DNA from: Geosiphon pyriformis uo1
Taxonomy: Eukaryota; Fungi; Glomeromycota
NCBI GenBank assembly: GCA_016748015.1
Contig: JAAOMT010000280.1
Coordinates: 22,183-86,182, forward strand
Reading direction: 5' to 3'
Length of the DNA: 64,000 bases
The notes beneath the pieces are model-generated. The model had not been told where the DNA came from, did no database searches, and saw only the letters and a list, made by a program, of their open reading frames with translations. Numbering within the stretch: the first letter of the stretch is position 1; the number at the start of each line of letters is the position of its first letter. The translations under genes and the position numbers were made by a program. Positions 44,151 through 57,800 of the stretch are shown piece by piece.

Positions 44151-44689
44151 AACCAAATTGGTTCTTCTTAAGTCATTGTTGTTTTTGGCAAAAATATCAG
44201 CAAATTCTGCAATTAGCTCTTTGAGCTGGTTTTGTTGTTGTGGTTTAAGTTGTCCCATGTTGATTCGAGATAATTTTTCTATGACAACATGGTAATTTTC
44301 AGAGCTGGGGTTTGGGTTGATTTTTGGTAGTGAATGTTCAATAATTTCAGAGAAATCGGAGACTGTTTGGGGTAATTCTTGTTGAAATATATTACTGTAA
44401 ATAACTCCAATTTCTAAATTATTTAATAAAACTATGGGGTAATTGTTGGGATTGTAAAAAGTAACTTGGACTTTCTTTGTTCCTTCTGGAATATAAATGT
44501 TTAGGATCGAAATATTATGTTTCAAGCAGACTTGTTCATTGGACTCAAAAATTTGTTGTGTGGTTGTTGGCTTTGGACAGATGTAGATTTCTGGATGTTT
44601 TCCAAAGGGTGAGATGGTAATTGGTTGTGGAAGTCTGAGAATCTAGTGGGATTCATTCTGTGTGTTAAGAGCTATATTAACTGGAACTG

Positions 44690-45110
44690 TGAATCGTCCA
44701 GTTGAACCAAAACCTTGGGTTTTTCTATCACTTTTTCCTAATTGTTCTCTTTGATTGACTAGTTGCAAACCCGAAATGTTGATTAGGGGTAGGTAAATAG
44801 CTTGGGCAATTTTTTCAGCATGTTTGATCTTGAATGGTTTGTCAGTTTTATTTTGAAGCATTACTGTAATGTCTCCAGTATATCTAGCATCGATTATTCC
44901 TTCTCTAATATTGATTCCTTTACTTGCCAGAGAGAACCAGAAGGCAATTTGAACCATTGCTCCTGGCGGAATTTCGAGTGCAATTTTGAAGTTGATTTTT
45001 GTAAAAGATTTGGGTTTGAGAACAAGAGTATCTTTGTCTGGATATCTTAGGTCATATCCAGCATCAATTTTGTGTGCTTTTTTGGGTTTTATTCTTTGTC
45101 CGTTGTTGTT
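44690..45110 (-). pseudogene. dUTPase domain within the Gypsy pol, upstream of RT
   Basis: All five dUTPase motifs are recognisable: DAGYDL, SLASKG, GIIDARYTGDI, KIAQAI and RKTQGFGSTG. Confidence 0.92.
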
Positions 45111-46099
45111 GAAGTATTTGAGTTATAAGGCAGGCTGATTTTTGATAAGGTAGATGGGTGTTGTTTCAATTTCTTCTGTTGCTTCAGGTTCTCCAAATTC
45201 AATTTCTTTCTCATCACTTTCACTGGACAAGGGAATACTAAGAGTGTAGCATTCAGGACACCATTGTTTATCACAAGGCATAATGCATTTTTTACATAGC
45301 CTAATGTTCATTTGTTCTGATTGTTGAATTTGAGCTTCTTGGGTTGGGTAGGTGTGACTTGCAATTTGGTGGTAGACTTCTACTTCATCTTCGTAATCGA
45401 ATCCAGCTAATTCCATGGTGTATTCAATGTATTCTGCTTTCTTCATTTGACGGACATCTTCTTTGGTAGCTCTATTAATTAATGCCATTGCTAAGTTGAA
45501 AATCATCTTGGCATCATGGAGGTAGTAATAAAGTTTGTTGAGAGCACTATTATATGCCACATTAAAAAGTGTTCCTCTTTTTACTTTTTTGAAATTGATA
45601 AAGCATATTGGCAGATCTGATTGCAGACTCCTCCTCTCATTGCTACATTAATCCAATTGCATTCTTCTGGTAACATATCTTCACAAGTCAAACAAGGGAT
45701 GTTGTCCCATTTTCCACTTTTTTTTATTAGATGGCCCCATCGTTCTCTGTGGCAAGCCTTGCAGTAATAACAAGTATGATTTTTATATTTTTCTTCAGGT
45801 GAAATGCAGGCTCCCATTGATGAGAGTTTTTTGTGGCAATCCTTGCATTTAAGTAGAATGTAAGGGTGTTGTTTTCGTGGTTCTGGTTTTGAATAGGGGA
45901 CATTCCATCTGGTTGTCACTGGTTTTTTTGTTTCAAAAGAATTATTTGTTGAAAAGTACTGTTGTTCAGTTTCATCAGCCCAATTGGAGGTTGATTCAAG
46001 TGCCATAAATGTTTCAATGATGGGTTTTTCCTCTTCCAGTTCAAATTCAAAAGCCAGAGCTTTCTCAGAGCATTTGTTAAATGTACTACAAGTAGCAGG

Positions 46100-46500
46100 T
46101 ACTCAGGTATGTTGTTCTTGATAGGAGAGTTGTAATTCTTGGGTTTCTCAGTCTAATTTTACATTGGCTTTTTGGAGCCAATCATTTCTGACAAGGGCTT
46201 GATACTGGGGTGCATCCATTACAAAAACTTTGACTGGAATAGTGATTTCATCAAGAGTAAATAGAAAATTGTCAATTTCTCCTACTGGGGTCTTTTTCAT
46301 GCCATCGGCAGTTACAATTACTGTTTGAACTGGTTGGTTGACATTTCTTTTCAACTGTTGCATTAACTGGTAGGTGATAATGCTTCCAGTAGATCCACTG
46401 TCTAGGATCAAGTGAATTGTCTTTCCTTCAATTTTTGCTTCAGTGTACATAGCCATGATTGCTTTTTGTTTGTTGGCGGCTGCATTGCTAAGCAGGAATG
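46100..46500 (-). pseudogene. Retroviral-type aspartic protease
   Basis: LILDSGSTGSII…TADG…ALVRNDWL. Confidence 0.9.
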
Positions 46501-46799
46501 GTGACTCATTTGCTTTGAACTCAAAAGAGAATATATCTAAAAGATTGGTGTTTTTAGCAATTCTGGCTGGTGGAATTGTGATGAGAGTATAGGAAGAGTT
46601 TTGTTGTTGTGCTGCAGCTCTACCTTCCAAATGTGCAGTATGGTAAAAATTCTGTTCTTTTGGCATTGTTAGATAACTGGGTTGAGTGTGATAGTGGTTG
46701 GGTCTTGGTTAAGTGGAATTTTGGGAAACCAATTGGTTGTTCAAACTGATTCTATTGTTGTTTACTTGGTATTGGTTTTGTGGTATGAATTGATTTTGT

Positions 46800-48500
46800 G
46801 TAATCAGTCTTTGAGCAGGTACTTGATAATATTGGTATTGCTGTTGGATTGGCTGTGGGGTGGGCTGATAATAGTTATTTTGGTATTGGGGTCTTGGTGG
46901 ATAGTGAGCTGGTGGTGGTGGTTGATAATAAGATTGCTGTGGTGGAGAGTAATATTGATTACTCCTATTTTGTTGGTCTCATTATAGCTTTTTGCAATCT
47001 CTTTTCCAGTGGCCAGAGATTCCACAGTAATGGCAATTCTGAGGCTGGTTATTAGAAAGTGGTGCAAAGTTATTTTGATTTCATCTTTGGAGTGGTTGAT
47101 ATCTTTGGGGTTGCTATTGTTGTTGATTGGTAAAATAGTTTTCAACTTTCTTTGCGAGTTGGTCAATTTTCTCTTTAGCTGCTAAGTTGGTTTCTCCAAT
47201 GACTAAGTTCATGAGTTTTGTACAATTGGCTTCTTCCATGGCCATTTCATATCTCTTTACATGCTGAATGGCAGAGTTTAAATCTTCTGGGGCATGTGGG
47301 CAAACCTTTTTAATCAGTTTATTTTTTAAACCAGCGATAAATTGATCTAAGATTTGAGCATTGGAATAATAATTGTTTGTTTCGAGTTGGCAAATTTGTC
47401 TGAGAAGTTTGTTGAATTTCCCAATATAAGTCATAACAGATTTGGAGAATTCTTGTTTGATATTGTAAAACCGATTTCAAAGGGTAATGGAGGTATTATT
47501 GTCAGTGAACTGTTCAAGGAAGGCTGCTTTGAAAGTGTTCCAATCATTGAATGGAATGGCCAAGTTTTCAAACAATTCTCCTGCTGTTCCTTTGAGAAAG
47601 TAGAGAATTGTTCTTAACATTCTGGCAGCATTCCATTCATTTGCATCTCTAGCTTTAGTAACTTGATCGAGCCATTCTTGGGAACTGGTCTCAATGTTTT
47701 CTCCATTAAATTCAGGGATTTTTGTGATGTATGCTGTCATTTTGTCTTTTTCATTTTCACTGTCTATTGATTTTTCTTCAGTTATTTCAGAGTTGTTTTC
47801 TTTATTTGCTGCTGTCTCAGAGTGTTCACTTTGATTTTCAGCTAGAAAATCAAAAAAATTGGAACTAGTTTGAAGGAGTTCTTGCTGTCTGATGGGACTT
47901 CTGAGTGATGTAAAATTTTCTGGTCTCACAAATCAATTTAAAGGTGAATTAGGTGTTTGTGCTTGTGCAAATGAAGCTGGAAAAAGTGTGATGGTGAGTG
48001 GAAGTTTTGAACTTGTTTCTTGTTCAGGTGTTTGTAAGTGTTTGGCAGTTGTTTTTGGTAGTATTGGAGTATTTGGGGTGGTTTTTGAGTATTGCTTCAA
48101 TTTGTGTTTGCTTTTGTTGCTTGTTTCTGTTTCCAATTTAAAATCAATAGAGTATTGAGACTGCACTGGATATGTTTCTTCACAGTACTTGATAATGTTA
48201 AAATTAAGTTCTTGAAAGTAAGTGGCAAGTGTTTCACTGTTAAGGTCTTCAGTTTCTAACTGTGAATAGTGTGCTAAATTATTATAAAGGTTGCTTCTAA
48301 CTTCTGAGATATTGTAATTTCCAAAAAGATAATTGTTGATGCGGTTTTCAATATATTGGTATACTGATTTCTTGACAACTTCAATTCCATCTGAAATGTT
48401 GAATCTTTGCTTGTAGTGGATGTAAATTGACTGGTAGTACTCTAGAGTTGTTGCGTCTGGTGTGGTCACCACTTTGAATTTGTTTTTGCTGTGTTGTTTC
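46800..48500 (-). pseudogene. Gag with CCHC zinc knuckle
   Basis: IPEFNGE, LKGTA, W..FKAAFLEQF, FIAGL and CHYCGISGHWKRDC (~46995-47037); interrupted by stops. Confidence 0.88.
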
Positions 48501-48517
48501 CATGAGAGAGCACTAAA

Positions 48518-49497
48518 TGTTACCAGAGGTTTTTGGTCTCTTTTCTTAAATGTTGTTGATGCCTGTTTGCTGTAAATTCACGTTTTCTGGATGTGGTTGA
48601 ACCTTCAGTAACTGAATTTATCTTCAAATTATCTCCTATAATTTGAACTGCTGGACTTATAAGTAGAATGACCAATTCCTTACCAGTTACTTTATGTAGT
48701 TATATTGTAGTAAACGTCAACTCTTTCCTAGGAATTGCTTGTTTGGAAGCTCACTAAAAATGTGTAATTACTTTGCTATGAAAGTCAACTCTTCTACAGG
48801 AATCTTGTCTATAGGCTACCCTAATGACTGTAATCAGAAAATAAAAGAAAAACAAAAGAAATGTAAAAAAAATAGAATTCTGTCAAGGGAAACGTTTTCT
48901 ATTCAGGCCTGGAGTCACTAACAGTTTACTGAAATTGGTAGCTAATCAATTTCAAAATGTTAGTTGGGTTTTTGGGGATTTTCCAAGTACAATAATTAAA
49001 GAATTTGGTTTTTTGAATTATTTGATATTTATTTCTTTTTGTGTGTATAGGAATTGTTTTAAGAGATAAATCTAAAGTAAAATATATTTTCTCGAAGAGA
49101 GAAGCTCTTCTTTTATACAACTTGTTGTAACACTATTCTATGAACTTGAACTTTGCTATTTTCTATAATTTTGCTAAACTAAAAATACATTTTGGTAAAC
49201 TACAAGTTATTTCTGTGAACTATATTTTGACAAACTATCAATTATTTTGGCAAATTTCTTACAAATTTTGGCAAACTTTTTGAATGTTACATAGTTCGGG
49301 GTATTGTATAATTGATCATCACAATTAGGTTACATTTGTGTTATGTATAAATTGGATTATTAATTAAATGATAATTTCAGATATATTTTGCTAATGTAAT
49401 AAGTGATAATTTGAAATGATAATATATGCTAATTTAATGATAAGATTTATAAGGATAATTTCATGCTAAACAATATCTCTAATTTCATCTAGTAACA
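48518..49497 (-). repeat. 5' LTR (980 bp)
   Basis: TGTTACC…AGTAACA; followed on the minus strand by a PBS-like tttagtgctctctc (probably eroded TGGTGCTCTC; primer tRNA not identified). Confidence 0.95.
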
Positions 49498-51860
49498 ACA
49501 GCCTTAACAATAAGCCCAAAACAAATGCCAGAAAAGGCACCAGCATACAAACCAAGCACAGTCACCAAAAGCTTGCCTTTGAACAGAAGATGTATTGAGA
49601 TAACATGACCAGAGACCATCTCAACCTTAAAAACATGGCAAGCCAAAGAATTGTTCATAATCACAGCAATACCAGCACCAAAATAACCAACATCCAAACC
49701 AGAAGTAAAGATCCAAACCCTCTCAAATTTATCCTTGATCCATGGCCCAGAGAAAGGCCTCAACTTCATTTCAGTAACAAAAAAAACCATACTCTCAGAG
49801 CTTACATGCCAATAAACAATGTCTGCCTGTTTGGCTGGAACATTGAGACCCCAAACATTACACATAGTAAACTTCCAAACTAGGTCATTTATTTGGAGAA
49901 AGAATGCAAAGAAGCACTCGAACTAAAGCACAAGCCATCCAAATGTGCTAACACCGAACCAATAGAAGCCTCCAAAGATGCCAACTTAGACTTCAAGCCA
50001 CCCACTTTGTTAGTGAAAATCCTGAAGCTACTAGAACTGAGAACATGCACACCAACATCAACAGTAGAAGAAGAGGAAGCAGACAGTATCGAAGTGCCAT
50101 CCAAAATCATATCTGAGCCTGAACCTGAAGCCAAAGATACAGAAGCATCAAGAGGAGAGACAAAAGAGGAAGGCACCAAAGATACCAGTTCAGCATTATC
50201 AAGACATCTAACAATAGTGGACACTTGGTCAGAAAGAAGCTCAAATGAGCATTCCAAAAAAGCCAAGCATTCATTCAAAGAAGAAACATTACCAATGTCA
50301 TGATAAGAAGAAGAAAGAAAATTTGAGCTGGGACCAGCAGAAAAACCACGAGAGAGAGGGGAAGCCACTGAGACCACTTGGGCTCAGGACTTTCCACCAA
50401 AGGCAACAGGGTGAAAGATAGGAACCTCCTTCTTTTTATATAACTTGACCAGCTGAAAACACCTCTTCTCAGAAACAAAACCTTTAAAAGACTTAACTGA
50501 AGATGACAATAACATAGAACCAACTGGAGCATCACACTCAAGAGCTAAATGCCCAAAACATCCACACTTCCCACACCGAACCAAATTTAATCTAGCCCAT
50601 GAGAGCCACATACCACCAAAAACAGGCTCAGTGCAAAATGCTAAATCCAAATCCTTCTCAGATTCAAAGCCAACCACAGCACAACAAAACCTATTGCCAG
50701 TGTTCAAAGATCTATTAATGATACAAGTCTTACTGCCAGCCCTATCCAAAAGAGTACCAAGATCATGTGCAGTTGTTTCTACTGGCAAGGTAAACAGAAG
50801 TGCCCTAAAATGGTCTCTTGATGTCCAGATATTATAATCTCTCACAGCTTTTACCACACGCATTGAGTTTTTCCTGATTAGGAATGACCATCTCGACACC
50901 AACAGATTGGCTTGACTCAATTTGGCAAATTCCACCACAGCTTTCTGCCATATACCAATTAACTAAATCTTGATTGATTTAATATTACCAAATTCGGTGA
51001 CTACAGTAACAATCATTTTCTTTGGTGTATCTATAGGAATTTTTTTGATTACTATGGCCCGATCTGAATGCACTCCTGATTTTTTGAGATTAGTGTTTAT
51101 GACAATCCCTTTTTCCCTGACCAAAGACGCAGCCATATTCATGCTTTTTTCAAAAGTGAAGATAAATCAGATGATCCCTTCAAATTTTGAGGGAGTAGTG
51201 GCCTCCCCAAAACCATTGACTGATGAAAAATTTTTTCTAATTAACTAAGTTTTTGCCATTGTCGAAATCCCTTCTACAGCACTAAGATTAATATTAAGAA
51301 CAAAAGATTTTTTGACAGACACCTCAATCTGAGTCTTAACAATTTTAGGGTCAATCTATTTCTTTTCTAGAGAGATAGAAAGACGAGAAGGAAGAGAGAC
51401 ATCTTCATTATCATCCATGACAAAATTAGGAGAACCAAGAGGTGAACTGAAAATGGCACCAGTATTGATACACTTGGCTTTAGGAGTATTGGTGGCTGAA
51501 TCCAGAAGAGACCCAACATTAATGCTGGTCATATTAGTGCTTTCCTTATTACTAGACACACTATCCACATCAGAAAACACACTATTACCAAGCTCAGACC
51601 TGTCCAGAGAAATATCCTTTTTATCACCTAAGTATTTGACATTCCCAAGCACAACTCTTTTCTTTTACGAGAAGGAACCACCAGTAGGATCATAAAAAGC
51701 ATTCTTTGGTGTTTTTTTTTTAGACATGTTGCTACTAGAGGCAGTCTTCAGGTCCACGAAAAAGAGGTTATTAAAAAGAGAAATTGTGAAATACTAACAA
51801 GAAAAAATAAAAAACTTCTTTATTAGAAAAATACTTTTTGAGGGTTTATGGAAGTAAAAG
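49498..51860 (-). mobile_element. LINE 5' part: ORF1 (CCHC knuckle) and start of the ORF2 endonuclease
   Basis: ORF1 from MSKKKTPK (51727) with CGKCGCFGHLALEC; ORF2 CNVWGLN…VTEMKL…GIAVI. Joining across the Gypsy restores IVKAVNTSNFVVLSGDFN. The 5' end is approximate. Confidence 0.9.
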
Positions 51861-51899
51861 AGAAAGAAGTTTTAGAATTTTTTTTAATATTTTGATTAC

Positions 51900-54800
51900 T
51901 TTAATTATTATATTACTTAATATTTTTATGCTTTACATAATAAACTTAAAAATATGATTCTAATTGTTTTAAATAAAATAATCATAATATTGTTAAAGTT
52001 AAATTAAAATAAAATATTAATATTAATAATATAGATATTTTTGATAATATTATTAATAAAAATATATTTTTTAGTTAATAATTCTTTGAAAACTTTGGTT
52101 ATTTAATGTTAAGTATAAATAAAATTATTAAATAAATAAATAATATAATTATTAATAGTAATATATTAGTTATATATATATAATATTTTTTTAGAATAGG
52201 TTTTTTTTAAATTTAATATAATTTAATTTGAATTGAGTTTATGTCTAATTATATGTAAAAAACATATAAATTTTATTTAATTTAGATTATTTATATTGAT
52301 TTATTATATTAATATATATTAATATTAAGTTATATTATTTAATATTTTTTTAAAATTATTTTTTATTCTAATTTAAGTTTTAATATCTAAATTTTACTAA
52401 CTTTACTAATATTTAAAAATTAATTAACAGTTATTAAAAAAATCATAAATAAGAAAATATTTTAAATATTAATATTATTATAATTTTAAATTATTTGGTT
52501 TTAATTTATATAACTACTTTTTTTAATTTAAATAATAATGTTATTAAATTATTTTAATTGTTTAAAATTTGTTCTATTTTGTTAAAAAATTTAATATTAA
52601 ATTAAAAAAATAATGTTAATTATAACTACTTAGTTTTTTTTATAATAAAAAGTTAATAACAAATATATTAATAAAACATATAAATTTTAATTTTAAGAAT
52701 AATTTAATTAAGTTTATCAAAAAAAATTATTAAAACTTAATAAAATATTTTAAAATAAAAAAGTATAAATAAAATATTTTTGAACAATTAATTATATGTA
52801 ATATAAAATAAAAAACTATTTTTTTTGGATATTTTTCAAAATATTTTTTTAATTTAAAATTTGTTTTTTTTGTAAAAAATAAAATCTTGATTTTTTTGAT
52901 TTTTTTTAATGTTTTTATTAATTTTTTTGGCTATTAACAATAATTTTTTTGTTTTAAATAATACCAATAATAATATATTTGTTAAAATTTGTTCAAATTA
53001 ATATGTAATTATATTATTTAATATATTAAAATTTAGTTAGCTTTAAAAGCAAAACAAATTATATTTTTATAAATAATTTTAATTAATAATAATATTAAAT
53101 TACTTAATTACAAAAATTGAATTAATAAAATAAAAATTAAAGCATTTTTTTTGTTTTGTAAAAACATTATTGTTTTTATTAATATTTAAAACTCATTTAT
53201 TAATCATTAAAAATTTTGTAAATAAATACTTTTATTTAGATGTTTAATATTATTATAAAAATTAAAATAATTTATTTTAAAATTAGAATTAAAGTTGGTT
53301 TCTAAAAACAATATTAAATTTTTTTTGTATAAAATTTACATTTTAAATTGTTTTAAATGTTATTATTAAAATTAAACTATAATATAAGTATTTTAAAAAT
53401 ATCTAATACTTTAAAATATAAAAACTTTATAAATAAAACATATTAATAATAAAAAATGCATTATTAAATAATTTTTAATAGATTTATAAACTAATTTATT
53501 TTTTATAAAAAATGATTTAAAAATTTATTATGTAATTAGATTTTTTTGTAAATACTTAAAATAAAATTTAAAAATTTAAAAAATTTATATTAATAATAAT
53601 ATTAATTTATTATTTTATTTATTATTTAATTAATATAAGATTAAATAATTGGTTTAAAAAAAAATATAATGATAAAAATAAAGAATTAAAACAATTCAAA
53701 TTTTAAAATATTGAATAATTTGTTCATGAAATAATATTCTTTATAATTTTTATATTTATTGTATATATACTAACTTTCAATAAATATGTTAGAATTTTTA
53801 ACAAAAAAAATTGCAATTATTTGTAAAAAAAATCAGAAAAAGATAAACTTTATTATATCTATTTTTTTTATTAAAAAATAACTATTATTATTTTTTAAAA
53901 GTCGAACAGATTATATATTTGTTAATTTAAATAAAGAATTAAAAAGTTTCAATTAATTTTTTAAATACAGTAATAATATATTTATCTATATATTATATAA
54001 AAATTAATAATATATTATAAAACACATAATTTTTTGGTATATACAACTTGAATTAAAAAATAATAGTTTACAATTAATACAAAAAATAAAAAATTTTTTT
54101 ACTATCATATAGCAAAAAATACAAATACAAATTTGTAATAAAAATTGCTTAAAAAAAATTTAATAATTTAATAATATAAATAATATATTATTGCTTATAA
54201 CTTTTATTGATTGTTTTTAAATTAAGCTAACAAATATATACATATCTTTAATTAATATTTGATAATAAAAACAAATTTCAAAAATTATTAAAATCTTTAT
54301 AAAAGTTACTAATTATATAATTAAATCTTATTAAATTACATATTTTACCAAAAATATATATATATATACAATAAATATATTTTGTAATCTATATTATAAC
54401 AAATAATTTATTAAAACAAGAAATTTGTTTATTTAATAAGTGTAAAAATGAATACAGAAAACATAAAAGTTAAAAAAAAATTTAATACATAAAATATATA
54501 AGTAAAAATTTATTATTTTAATATTATATAAGATAAAAATAATTATACACAAATTGTATGTTTTTTAAAAAACAATAAAATTAACATATAAATTATCTAT
54601 ATATAGAAAATAGAAAATACAATAATTTTATTAAATATAAAAAAAAATAATGCTTTAAGTTTTTTTTAAAATTAAGTAAAAAATATTTTTAATAATCTAA
54701 TTAAAACAATAAATAATAATAAAATAACTATTAGTTAACATCTTAAAAAAAATATTTTAATATATTAAGCACTTATTTAAAAAATAGTAAAAATTACTTG

Positions 54801-57800
54801 ATAATATATAATATAATATTATGTATTTATAATAACATAAAACAAATATTATAATAAAAAACCAAAATATTATTACGAAATTTTTTTCAAAAATTATATT
54901 AAAATTATAAACTATTAAGTTTTGGTAAAAAATTAATTACATTATTTAATTGTTTATGTTTTTGTTAATTAAAATAAGTTATAAATTAGTTTATTATAAT
55001 TTTATTATAGATTAAAACTAATAGCATGTTAAAATTATTAAAATATAATATATTTTATAAATTATAATACTAATTAATACTATATATTTAAATCATGTAA
55101 ATATGTTAATTTTATATTACAAATATAAATTAAAATCAATAAATATTATTTATTTTAGTCAAAAAAATTAATTTAAAAAACTTAAATTTATTTTAATAAA
55201 TATAAATAAAAACTTTAATTAATAATTATATTAATATTTTTGTTAATAAAAATAAGTTTAAAAAACTAATATAGTTTAATATTAAATTAATATTAAATTA
55301 ACTAAAATTATAAAACAGAAAAAAAATACAATATATATTAAATAATAGATTAAATAAATTTATAATTATTACTATTTATTTTAATAATAAAAAAATATAA
55401 AAATTTATTTTTATATAGATTATCAATAATATTAAATATAACAACAGCTATTTAACTTTTATTATTCAAAATTGTTTAATATTTTTAAAGAAAAAAATAG
55501 TTTTTAATATTAAATTTAAATAATATTATCAAAAATTTTCTATTCTTTTCTTGATATTGTTAATGCTGTTTTAATATTAATTTTGCTATTAATAAAAATT
55601 GGTAACTCTTCAATAAGCTAATTTTTTTTTATATTTTAGATTATATATACTGTTGAGTTTATAATGAAATAACCAATTTTATGCCAATTACTTATATAAT
55701 TACTTTGTGGTAAAGTCAATTTTTTTTACAAAAAAATCTTATTTGTAAGCTTTTTAATTTAATATGTAGTTACTTTGCTATAAAAATTAATATTTCTATA
55801 GAAAATTTTGACTATAAATTATTTAATAATATAAAAAGAAAATAAAAGAAATTAAACTCAAAAAATATTAAGAAAGTTATTTCAAATTCAGGTCTAAAGA
55901 TTATTAACAGTTGCTAAAATTAGTAGTTAATCAATTTCAAAATATTAGTATAAAATAATTAATTTCGAAGCAATAATAATTAAAAAATTTATGTTTTTCG
56001 AGTGAGTTTTAGTGGAGTTAATTTGCAAAAAAAAATTTTAAGAAAAAATATCTGGTAAAAATTTTTTTTTTTGAAGAAAAAAGCATTTTTTTTATATAAT
56101 TTATTATAATATTATTTTATAATTTAGCACTTTTTTTTTCTAATATTTTGGTAAATTAAAAATACATTTTGTCAAATTACAAGTTATTTCTGTGAACTGT
56201 GAACTATTTTGGTAAACTGTTAAATATTTTGTCAAATTATTAAATATTTTTACAAATTTCGAATATTATATAATTCAGTATATTACATGATCTGATCATT
56301 ACAATTTGGTTACATTTGTATTCTATACAAATTGGATTATTAATTGGATGAAAATTTGGTTAATTTAATAAAATAATAAGTAATAAATTGAAATAATAAT
56401 ATATGCTAATTAATAAGAATTATAAAAATAATTTTATGCTAATTAATATCTTAATTTTTAATTGGTAACAACAATATTAAAAAATTATAATAAATCCAAA
56501 AAATTAAGAAAAAACAATATTTATTACCAAAAAAAAATCATAAATTTAAAATAATAAATATTTCAATTATTTTTTAATAATTAATAAAAATAATTTATTT
56601 AAAAATACTATAAAAATTAATAATTGTATATTTAAATAATACTAAAATGTTTTTTAATACTTTTAATAAAAATTTATACTATTTGTAATAAGTTTTTAAA
56701 TAATTATAATTACCCAAATTAAAACTTAATATTAATAAATATTTTTTTAAAAAAACAAAACTTTAAATTTTAAACCATATTATTAAAAATAATAATTAAC
56801 AATTAGAAAACAAACATACCAAATAAAATATTATATTATTATTATAAAAAACATAATAATATTAATAATTTATTATAAATAATAAATATAAAAGTCATAA
56901 TTAATCTTAAAAAATAATATAAATAATCAAATATATTAATAATTATATTAATATGTATTTAAATTTTATTATTAAATATTTTTATTATAAAAAAATAATA
57001 AAACAAACCAAAAAACTATATTATTAATTTAATACATACAAAATTATAATGTTTTTTAAAAAAAGATAAAACAAAACTAATTAAATCAATTAAAGTTAGA
57101 TAATTATTTAAGAAGATTAAAATTAACTGAATTAAATTATTATTATTAATTATCAAAAATAACAAATATATTAAAATTATTATAAATTATTTAATTAAAT
57201 AACTAAAAACAAAAGCTATTTAAAAAGCAAATACCAAATTAATAACTAAACTTATATATTAAAATTTAATATATTAACATAAAAATTGTTATTAAATTAA
57301 AAAACAAAATTTGTAAATAATATTTTAATAAAATTAAGTTAAAAATTTAAAATAAAAAATCATTATTATTTATTATATTATTTATAAATAAATAACTTAA
57401 TCAATAGATTATTATATAAAACATTAAATAAAATTAGACAAAAAAATCATAAAAAATAAAATTTATTTATATTATTAATATTATTTACATATCAAACAAT
57501 AAAGCAAAATACAACTTAAATAATATTATTTAAATTAATATACAAAAAAACAATAATATTATTGATTAAAATAAAAATAAAAATATATTTAATTAAATTA
57601 ATAATAGAAAAAACATTTTAAAAACATGTTAAAAAGAATATATAACTTAATAAAAATACAAAAAAACAAAATTTGAAAATATTAAAATTTACAAAAAAAC
57701 AAAAAAAAAACTAATAATAAGTTATTAAATAAATCAGTTAAATACAAAATTAAAAACAAAATATTATTATATTATATTAAAACAGAAAAACAAAGAATAA

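Larger units (their letters stand above)
39629..49497 (-). mobile_element. Full-length Ty3/Gypsy LTR retrotransposon (9869 bp) inserted in the LINE
   Basis: Two 980-bp LTRs, 4-bp TSD ACAG (39625-39628 / 49498-49501), domain order gag-PR-Cys-rich-dUTPase-RT-RH-IN-ORF3. Confidence 0.96.

Noticed and set aside
35304-51695. Plus-strand ORFs over the LINE and Gypsy
   Set aside because: Antisense shadows of minus-strand TE coding regions.
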